IMG/VR virus record: IMGVR_UViG_3300045988_055078
Span: 1-45,034 of that record
Source: a virus
DNA: 45,034 bases
Strand: one strand, 5' to 3'
Shown: positions 34,185 through 41,346 of the stretch, piece by piece
Layout of the letters: the number at the start of each line of letters is the position of its first letter
Numbering within the stretch: position 1 is the first letter of the stretch
Program-made: the position numbers and the translations under genes
Notes under the pieces: model-generated
The model's input: the letters and a program-made list of their open reading frames with translations, nothing else
The model's database searches: none
Told to the model about the DNA's origin: nothing

Positions 34185-34192
34185 GCATTATT

Positions 34193-35854
34193 TTAGAACG
34201 GCCTTGCAAAAACCGAAATCCGGTTCCCGTCCAGCGACCGCACCATGTTCATTGCCATGGTCAGACTGTCCGGTGCATCGTCATGAGCCGTTTTCTTGAA
34301 CATCGTGTATGAAAACACATTCTGCATAAACAAGGAGTAGGCCTTGCTGCGCTTTCCACTCTCCAAAAACACCATGTTCTCCCGAATATCCGGTGCTTTA
34401 TCGAAGATTCTTTGGAACTTTGCCTTATCCGTTGGAGCTGCTTTTGTGGTGATATTCAGCCGATATCCCTTTGCCTTCAGCTGTTCCTCCACGCCCTCTT
34501 TGTAGTCCATCGTTGCTTTGGTGGCTTCAAATTGTGCAGCCTGCACATTGTGCTTCATAATAGCCGACACCAGCAGCGGCTGTGTGACGCGCTTATCTCC
34601 GTCATCATACACGACGTCGTGAACGTAAATATCGTTGCCATACTGATAGCATACCGGAGCCGCCACAAAGTCACCGCCTCCAAACGCCGGATCAACGGCC
34701 ATGAAGATTCGGTCCGGCTCTCCATCCGGCAGGGTTCCGTTATAGTACCGGAAATCCGCAGGGCTGAACAAAGCGCCGTCTCTTTCGATCGGCTGCCCCA
34801 TATACTGGGCGGTCCAGGAGGCCATATCGTTATTCCGTTCAAATGACGCACGCCGCTGCCGATAATATTCCGTACTGAATCCGACACCGTATTCATAGCA
34901 GAACTGACTTTCGTCATTTTCATCCAACGCCGGTAGATTCATGATCTCGAAACGCCGGTTACGGAACTTTTCATCGTTTTGCAGCAGTTCCATTCGGATA
35001 CCCGCCGGGTCCACCATGGACCATCTGGTGCCGCACCACAGAATTTTCGCCTTTTCTTTTGCACGAGGTAACAGATTGTTGTCCACTTTAGACCATGCCG
35101 ACATCAGCCGGTCCTTGTTCAATGCTTCCTCAATGCCGCCGATCAGGTCGTCCGAAATTTCAAAACCGTTGCAGTCACAGGCTCCGTTCAGCGTCCCGTA
35201 TAAGGAACGGCATGTAAGCGACGGATACCTTTTCCTCCGGTCAATGTTCAGCGTTTCGTCTTTTGCGTTGGTTTCCACCAACTTTGCGTTTGGAAAAACA
35301 TCCCGCCACAGATAGGTTGTCGGGTCTTGCAGAATCTCCAGGACGCCACGATAGAACGCTGCTGTAATCACGTCAGAATAGGCCGAATACAGGTTCGACG
35401 CCTCGCTATTGCGCCCGATCAGCCACGTTGTAAAGAACATGAGAATTGACGTTTTACCGACCCGCGGCGGCATCGAAATAAACAATTCATCCAGCTTATC
35501 ATCCGCCAGCCTTTGTAAATTCTGTACCACTTTCCCCATAATCCGTTTTCTCGGCAGATAAAACCGTTCTGATGCCTTCCGGTCAATTTCCAAATACGTC
35601 AGATAGCAGTCAAAATCATCCGGCGCTTCAAACAGCAAGCTTTTCCGCCACAGTTCATAGAAACTGCTCTCCTGCCCGTTCTCCGCCTGCGCCAGAATCT
35701 TACCTCGCAGCAAGTTGTTTGTCTTGTGAGCCGCTGCATGGTCCTCTGACGCCCAATCCCGGCACAAAGAAAACAAGTCCTGATAGGCATCATAATCCGC
35801 AGGCAGACGCGCTATCGCTTTCAGAATCGATTCGGAAATCCTTTCGTAATCCAT
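34193..35854 (-). CDS. terL: Terminase large subunit
   Basis: Walker A ELFISMPPRVGKTSILMFF. C-terminal nuclease-like region. Start at 35854 follows AGGAGG. Confidence 0.9.
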   Translation of the reverse strand: MDYERISESILKAIARLPADYDAYQDLFSLCRDWASEDHAAAHKTNNLLRGKILAQAENGQESSFYELWRKSLLFEAPDDFDCYLTYLEIDRKASERFYLPRKRIMGKVVQNLQRLADDKLDELFISMPPRVGKTSILMFFTTWLIGRNSEASNLYSAYSDVITAAFYRGVLEILQDPTTYLWRDVFPNAKLVETNAKDETLNIDRRKRYPSLTCRSLYGTLNGACDCNGFEISDDLIGGIEEALNKDRLMSAWSKVDNNLLPRAKEKAKILWCGTRWSMVDPAGIRMELLQNDEKFRNRRFEIMNLPALDENDESQFCYEYGVGFSTEYYRQRRASFERNNDMASWTAQYMGQPIERDGALFSPADFRYYNGTLPDGEPDRIFMAVDPAFGGGDFVAAPVCYQYGNDIYVHDVVYDDGDKRVTQPLLVSAIMKHNVQAAQFEATKATMDYKEGVEEQLKAKGYRLNITTKAAPTDKAKFQRIFDKAPDIRENMVFLESGKRSKAYSLFMQNVFSYTMFKKTAHDDAPDSLTMAMNMVRSLDGNRISVFARPF

Positions 35855-36508
35855 CCGTACTCCTCCTTTACAAAATAAAATGGGCCGCTCATGCGTAACG
35901 CAAAAGCGACCCTTTGGCCTTTCTCCCACCTGCCGTGGAAGATTGCTATCTCGTTTTTATTCTATCATGTTATTGCTTCGATATCAACACGCGCCCGCAG
36001 GGCGCTTTTATAAAATTTATTTTGCCCTTTTTGTTTTTTCGCGATTTTTTCGGGGACCGCTTTTTGTTGGCGCGAGTGGTAGGAGGGTGTGCCGCGCGCC
36101 TGGGCCCGGCCCTATATCCCCCGCCCCCGGGTGGCCAGATTGGCGCGGAGGCCGGAGCCGCAGCCCCGTGCGGTATCTTCGGGGCGCTCCGCTGGCTGCA
36201 AAGTGCCGCCGGGCAATGTGTCCGCGCATGACGCACACATACAAGGACAGACAGCAAACGCGATTCCGCGAACGCAACAAAATCAAATTTTGGTTGCGTT
36301 AGAATGGGCAAATATATCTTTGTAAATGGCATTTTATGCGTAAATGTTCGGAGAACTCCGTGTATGCGGGTGTTTTCGCGTCCGTCTATTGTGGACCGGT
36401 ACTCTGTCCGCGCATCGTGGAAAATGTGGCTATTATGTGCGCTGCAAAAACACATAGAAAACCGAACCGCAGCCCGGAAAATAAATCAAAAAAATCTTTG
36501 AAAACCTC

Positions 36509-36537
36509 TTGACGAATGGGACAGCCCATGCTATAAT
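36509..36537 (+). promoter_or_regulatory. Near-consensus promoter of the reversed cassette
   Basis: TTGACG, 17 nt, TATAAT. Confidence 0.65.
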
Positions 36538-36571
36538 AAAGCCATCCCAGAGGAAAGGAGGCCAAAGGGGA

Positions 36572-36718
36572 ATGACAATGCAGGAATTAAGCCGCTTGAT
36601 CTTGGGGCTTCAAGCTGCCGGGTGGAACGGTGACGAGATCAACAAGCTGCTTCTGTGGATCGAAAGCGGCGACGAGCATTACAAGCCCACGAAGGACGAA
36701 CCGAAACCGAAAGCATAA
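36572..36718 (+). CDS. Hypothetical small protein (48 aa)
   Basis: AGGAGG..AAGGGGA upstream of the ATG. MTMQELSRLILGLQAAGWNGDEINKLLLWIESGDEHYKPTKDEPKPKA. Confidence 0.55.
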   Translation: MTMQELSRLILGLQAAGWNGDEINKLLLWIESGDEHYKPTKDEPKPKA

Positions 36719-36761
36719 ACGGCGGGCCGGGAAACCGGCCCAGCCCGAAAGGGGGCAGAGA

Positions 36762-36929
36762 ATGCCAGACAGCAAAGCCAAAAGCGCATGGGAGCGGGAA
36801 AACGTGTTAAAAATCACGCTCAAGATTAACCGCAACCAAACGCCGGAGCTTTTCGCCCTACTGGAAAAGGCCGAAAGCAAATCCGGAGCCGCGCGCGAAC
36901 TCATGCAAAAAGCAATTAAAAGGGAATAA
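36762..36929 (+). CDS. Small RHH-like protein (55 aa)
   Basis: AAAGGGGG upstream of the ATG. ..NVLKITLKINRNQTPELFALLEKAESKSGAARELMQKAIK fits a strand-helix-helix pattern. Confidence 0.55.
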   Translation: MPDSKAKSAWERENVLKITLKINRNQTPELFALLEKAESKSGAARELMQKAIKRE

Positions 36930-37066
36930 AAAGCCCGGCCAGCGCTGGAACCGCCGACCGGGCAACCCCGAAAACGTTTGAAAAACCAACCTTCGCAGGA
37001 ATCCGGGGAAAACAATTATACCCGGGATTCCTCCGAAAGTCAAGAAATTTATGGAGGAATTGAAAA

Positions 37067-37654
37067 ATGGCTAATCTTTACAATCTCGACGGAATCGTTA
37101 CCGAGCTGAAGAAGCGCAACGCGCAGGACCGCGCAATCCTGGCCGCATGGGAGTCGGTAACCTATCCCACCAAGAAGGACGGAAAGCCCTTCGCACGGAT
37201 GGCGCAGAACATCAGCGGCGCGAAGTACGCCGCCGAGGCCTACACCCTGCAGCCGGGTGAAATGGCAGTAACCGTCACCACCTGGGGCGCTGATTATGGC
37301 GTCGGCTACGTTTCCGACGATCTCCACGCATACACCACCGCCGACCGCATGACGGACGCCCAGCAGGGCAAACCCGGCAATCTGCTGCCGAAGGTGCCCG
37401 GCCTAAAACAGATTTATCTTTTTGACCTGGACGACATCAAATCCGCCATCGCGGCACGGTGTGACCAGCTGCGGCAGCGGATCGCCACCCGGGAAAACCA
37501 AATCAAGCAGGCGCACGCGGCCTATAGCACATTCTATGCGGCTTACGGGGCTGCCCTGGATCAGCTCGCAGCCATGACAAGCAAGGACTTCGGCGGCGCG
37601 ACGCTCTACCATGCTATTCTGGATACCGTCACCGCGCGGTATCCGCACTGTTGA
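37067..37654 (+). CDS. Hypothetical protein (195 aa)
   Basis: GGAGGAA, 7 nt, ATG. No motif recognised. Confidence 0.65.
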   Translation: MANLYNLDGIVTELKKRNAQDRAILAAWESVTYPTKKDGKPFARMAQNISGAKYAAEAYTLQPGEMAVTVTTWGADYGVGYVSDDLHAYTTADRMTDAQQGKPGNLLPKVPGLKQIYLFDLDDIKSAIAARCDQLRQRIATRENQIKQAHAAYSTFYAAYGAALDQLAAMTSKDFGGATLYHAILDTVTARYPHC

Positions 37655-37673
37655 AAGGGGGGAAACGGTCCCA

Positions 37674-37742
37674 ATGTGGTTTTTTATTGGCGTTATCGCC
37701 TTTTTCGTTGGCATTTTTCAAGCGTTGCTTCGCAAAAAGTAA
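37674..37742 (+). CDS. Possible hydrophobic micro-protein (22 aa)
   Basis: MWFFIGVIAFFVGIFQALLRKK: one TM helix plus a basic tail. The RBS-like AAGGGGGG is 11 nt upstream. Confidence 0.3.
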   Translation: MWFFIGVIAFFVGIFQALLRKK

Positions 37743-37766
37743 TCAGATTTTAAGGAGGTTTTGACA

Positions 37767-38024
37767 ATGGCAAAATATCGCATCAACTACCACACCGGCG
37801 CGGGGGATTTCGAATTTTCCGGAACCCTCGCCCAGGCACAAGCCGCAGCCGATGACGACGCAGCGTACACGCAAGCGCCTATCACCATTCACGACGCCGA
37901 AACCGGCGAAGAGGTTTCCCGCCGCAACTGGTACGGATCCGCTTACGACCCCGACACCACCCCGGAAGATGACCCGATTTGCTTCGGTGATTATGGATAC
38001 TATAGCGATTGGATCATCTGGTAA
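37767..38024 (+). CDS. Highly acidic small protein (85 aa)
   Basis: AGGAGG, 8 nt, ATG. 16 Asp/Glu against 4 Lys/Arg by hand count. Confidence 0.65.
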   Translation: MAKYRINYHTGAGDFEFSGTLAQAQAAADDDAAYTQAPITIHDAETGEEVSRRNWYGSAYDPDTTPEDDPICFGDYGYYSDWIIW

Positions 38025-38028
38025 ACGC

Positions 38029-38067
38029 AACCCCCGGATGCCTGACGGCTTCCGGGGGTTCTTCTTT
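38029..38067 (+). terminator. Rho-independent terminator closing the reversed cassette
   Basis: AACCCCCGGA, 12 nt, TCCGGGGGTT, followed by CTTCTTT. Confidence 0.7.
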
Positions 38068-38464
38068 GCCCTGCCCATTGTGGCGGGGCTTTTCTTTGTT
38101 TCCGTGTGGCGGCTCTGGTGGCCTTGTGCGGCGTTTTGTTTTCTGGTATGTAATTTCATGGGCGCGCGGTTTTCTTCGTTCTTGCGGCCACTGGTGACGC
38201 GCGGCGGTATGTCTGCACCGTTTCCATTGGTGCGTTGCGTCCGTGGTGGGTCCGTATCCTTGTTTTCTTGCGCGCCTTGTCAAGTTATGCCCCGGAGATT
38301 TTCGCCGCTTCTGGGGCCGCTGAGGGGCCGACGCGCTCCGGGTCCATTCTGGCCAGCCCACCCCACCACGCCAGACCGGCAGCCGGGGCCGTTGTGGTGG
38401 GTGGGGGTGGCACGCCCGCGCAGATTTTACGTTGCCGGGCGGTGAGCAGCTGGCCCTGTCTGAC

Positions 38465-38815
38465 AAAGTCGATGGCCCTGTTGGAATCTTCGAAAATGAA
38501 AGTCGATAAAGGAATCCCCGGAAAGTCGCTGGACCTTCCGGGGATTTGCTGTCTAATAAAGTCGCTCAGAGTTTCCGACCGCAAACTGGGCAGAAATTGA
38601 AAGTCGCGGTTACTTGCTTGCCGCTCGATGGCAGAATAGAAAAAGTTTCCGGTACCGGCACGGCGTCTCTGCAAAAGTCGCAGTCAATCCGATAGTCGCC
38701 CCGATCCATCTCGTTCATGATTTCTTCAACATCACCGAACGGGACCGGCGGGCGGCGCAGTTTGGATACTTCGTCGCAAAGTCTCTCCACAGCGGCACAA
38801 AGTCGGTCTTTGCTT
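38465..38815 (+). repeat. Cluster of seven same-orientation AAAGTCG boxes
   Basis: Perfect heptamers start at 38465, 38499, 38522, 38558, 38600, 38674 and 38809. Degenerate copies at 38692 and 38778. Confidence 0.8.
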
Positions 38816-38865
38816 TCGTCATTGGGCGCGGCGCAACGTCCTTCTGAATACAATCCTTCGTGCAT
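38566..38865 (-). CDS. Hypothetical zinc-ribbon protein (99 aa)
   Basis: CDFC..CPVCG at the C-terminus. Start overlaps the terS stop. Confidence 0.6.
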   Translation of the reverse strand: MHEGLYSEGRCAAPNDESKDRLCAAVERLCDEVSKLRRPPVPFGDVEEIMNEMDRGDYRIDCDFCRDAVPVPETFSILPSSGKQVTATFNFCPVCGRKL

Positions 38866-39413
38866 TATTCGCTCGTCCCTTCTGCGTCAACGATAGTCGC
38901 TCCGCCTGCTTTCATGTCTTCCAGATACTTCCGCCGCAGCGCTTCCGGGTCTTTCTGCTCACCTAAGGGGTTATCCGGCTTCAAGACCACCTCTTGCTGG
39001 TCTGTGTAGTTCATGTTGTTTTTCATCAAAAAAATTCCGGCGACGGGGTTAATCTTGCCATTTTGCATGAAATCTTCCATCTGAGCGTTGATAAAATCCC
39101 GTGCTTTTTTGATGGTGCAACGCACAGAGTCGCTTAAATCCCTGCTCCTCGGCTGATTATTGCACCATCTCCACAGGGTCATCCTGTCCACCCCGAACGC
39201 CAGTGCAAGCCCGGCGAACGTCGGTTTCATATCGTTTTTCCCGCACAGGCTGAAATAGTCGATGCACCGTTGCTGCACTGCTTCCAGGCTATCCATGTTT
39301 GGCTTTTGCCATTTCATGATTTCCAAGGAATGGTTGATGTACTTGGTGTTGTCTCCCGGCTCCAGGTCAGGCACCTGATAGGGCTTCTTTTTAAGCTTTT
39401 TCCCTTCTGTCAA
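38865..39413 (-). CDS. terS: Terminase small subunit
   Basis: N-terminal HTH KPTFAGLALAFGVDRMTLWRWCN. 182 aa. TTG start 7 nt after AGGAGG. Confidence 0.75.
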   Translation of the reverse strand: MTEGKKLKKKPYQVPDLEPGDNTKYINHSLEIMKWQKPNMDSLEAVQQRCIDYFSLCGKNDMKPTFAGLALAFGVDRMTLWRWCNNQPRSRDLSDSVRCTIKKARDFINAQMEDFMQNGKINPVAGIFLMKNNMNYTDQQEVVLKPDNPLGEQKDPEALRRKYLEDMKAGGATIVDAEGTSE

Positions 39414-39420
39414 AGTCGTT

Positions 39421-39526
39421 TTCCTCCTTTACTATTTACATAGATTTATATTTTTTATTATAATACATACACACAACAAAAATAATAAGAATATTATATT
39501 TATATATAATAAATAAGATATCTAAA
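39421..39526. repeat. AT-rich island (copy 1), upstream region of terS
   Basis: About 100 bp of almost pure A/T in a GC-balanced genome. Imperfect direct repeat of 40301..40400. Confidence 0.7.
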
Positions 39527-40261
39527 TTATTCAGACCCGCCCGGTGGTTTGGCTTCTGCTTTGGCGAATAAGCTATCCATATTCCGGAAGACGCGCCTGA
39601 GCCTCCAGACCGTTGAGAAATACATGGGTGTATACCAATAGGCTTTCGGGTCATCTCCATGGCGCATTGGGTCTGTCAGGCTGTCCCCGATCTTGACGTA
39701 CCCGGCACACCCGAGAAGTGACAGCTGGATGTAGCACATCATGCCGGTGGTAAAGTCTAAGTCCTGCGCCGTTACCAGAACATGATTCTGCCAATTCAGT
39801 GGGCTTTTGGCTTCATAAAGCTGCGTCTCGATCTGGTTGACAGCTGCAATTAAAGTCGCACCCGCTCCGCAAGCACAGTCATTCAGCGTGACGAAACCGT
39901 CACGGTTGATCTGCTCCACGACGTTGCCGGTTGTCAGTTCTGCCATGCAGCGGCAAACGTCGTATGGCGTGAAAAACTGTCATTTCCAATGATCCCCGAG
40001 GCCGAGTTCCATGTATACACTGCCGAGGAAGTCCTGGTTCCGGTCCGCCTCAAAGGCATTGACAACGTCCGCCGCCAGTTCTGGGAATACCATGCGTTCT
40101 TCCTTGTCGTACCTCTTGACGATTTCCAGATACGTTTTCTCTCGGTCTGCCTTCCAACGATGGTCCACCGCGTTGGAAATTGCTGTCGCGTACATGTTGA
40201 TAAAGTCGATCCATACCTGCCACAGCGGGAACCTTTTGGACAGACTGCGAAACCGATTCAC
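39527..40261 (-). pseudogene. N6-adenine DNA methyltransferase-like gene interrupted by an in-frame TGA and lacking motif IV
   Basis: ..FLGSVYMELGLGDHWK-TGA-QFFTPYDVCRCMAELT..LNDCACGAGATL (motifs X and I). The stop at 39980-39982 is in frame with both ORFs. No (D/N)PP(Y/F) motif downstream. Confidence 0.65.
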
Positions 40262-40300
40262 AAAATCCGTTCGTTTCTGGTCTGTGATTCTCGTAATTGC

Positions 40301-40400
40301 CCCTCCTTTCGCTATTATAGCATAAATCTAAGAATATATAAACACATAATATACATACAGCATAAATAATATAAATATATATAATATCTTATCTTAGATT
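40301..40400. repeat. AT-rich island (copy 2), upstream region of the methylase-like gene
   Basis: Starts with CCTCCTTT like copy 1. Contains a minus-strand TATAAT next to AAAGGAGG. Confidence 0.7.
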
Positions 40401-40462
40401 ATGCAAATATTGGACCTGACGGGCGGCAGCGCCGATCTGATGCCGCCGCCCTGCAATCCTGG

Positions 40463-40804
40463 TCATAACGCCTCAATCGCCTTAATTTCTTTGCTCAACC
40501 TTTCATACGCTTCCTTTATTTTCTCTGCCGATTCTGGCGTCGCTTCTTGCATCGCTTTTTGCGCCGCTTTTTGTGCCGCCGAAGATAGCGCCTCAATAGC
40601 TTCGTGCAGTTTTTTCCATGACGTGGACGCATATGACATCATTTTATCCAAATCGGCAATGGCAGCATCGAGTTCTATTCTTTTCTTCAGCTGGACTTCT
40701 TTTTGATATTCCCGGTGCCGGAATGTCCGGTTGACCCTGCGCCGGTCCGCCTGACTGTTTGGCGTGAAACCTGTTTTCTGTCCAAGTATCCGGGGCTTGC
40801 TCAT
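40463..40804 (-). CDS. Hypothetical helical protein (113 aa)
   Basis: ORF in the chain, followed by the GC hairpin GGGCGGC..GCCGCCC. Confidence 0.55.
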   Translation of the reverse strand: MSKPRILGQKTGFTPNSQADRRRVNRTFRHREYQKEVQLKKRIELDAAIADLDKMMSYASTSWKKLHEAIEALSSAAQKAAQKAMQEATPESAEKIKEAYERLSKEIKAIEAL

Positions 40805-41319
40805 TGTTTTGCCCTCCTCGTGTCATACCGGCATACCCCTGGGCAATCGGCTGTCGGGCATCTGGCGCCTCTTACCGGGCAGATCGCATTGACGCACATC
40901 TCATCCTTGCGCCACCCGCATTCTTGGCTGTCGTCGCCGCTGGTGCCCTGTAGACGCACAAGTTGCCGTTTGTATTCTGCCACGCGTTCTCTGTTCGGTT
41001 CATAAACGCATCTATTCCAGCGGTCAGCCAGCTCCCGATTGATTCTATCGCTTCTCGCGTCCAACTTCTGCGAGCTATTGGCGATTTTGATATTGCACGG
41101 TCCATACGGTTTGGTCTCGTCCGGCCTGGATATAAAAGCCCCGACCGTCCATCCGTTATCCAACGCACAGCGAATAAACGGATTTGGGCTGTCTTTCCAT
41201 GCCGGAACGCAGTTTCTGCGGATCAGATTGCGCCAACGCTGAACAATCAACAGCACCTCTTCCGGGAACAGCTCGTCCTTGAAGTCCTCCGTAGCCTTAT
41301 CGACGATATTGTCTACCAT
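40801..41319 (-). CDS. Hypothetical protein with Cys-rich C-terminus (172 aa)
   Basis: ORF in the chain. CGWRKDEMCVNAICPVRGARCPTADCPGVC. Confidence 0.55.
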   Translation of the reverse strand: MVDNIVDKATEDFKDELFPEEVLLIVQRWRNLIRRNCVPAWKDSPNPFIRCALDNGWTVGAFISRPDETKPYGPCNIKIANSSQKLDARSDRINRELADRWNRCVYEPNRERVAEYKRQLVRLQGTSGDDSQECGWRKDEMCVNAICPVRGARCPTADCPGVCRYDTRRAKQ

Positions 41320-41346
41320 TTCGCGTTACCTCCTTCGCTTCAGTTC

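Noticed and set aside
35880-36455. ORFs 35880..36302, 35914..36231, 35970..36455, 36017..36286 and 36089..36325 in the region upstream of terL
   Set aside because: They overlap one another on both strands and are Arg/Pro/Gly/Ala-rich, as expected from random frames in ~70% GC DNA. None has an RBS or recognisable motif. The region is treated as non-coding.
37743-38674. ORFs 37852..38445, 38014..38466, 38235..38600, 38285..38674 and 37743..38159
   Set aside because: Same reasoning: they are mutually overlapping, low-complexity basic/Pro-rich translations with no RBS. Several run antisense to well-supported genes or across a terminator.
39980-39982. In-frame TGA as evidence for an alternative genetic code (UGA read as Gly or Trp) or selenocysteine
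   Set aside because: TGA clearly terminates other well-supported genes in this window, such as the portal gene and several ATGA-coupled genes. The two tRNAs are Asn and Thr, not suppressors. No SECIS-like hairpin is evident directly downstream. A point mutation or pseudogene is more parsimonious.
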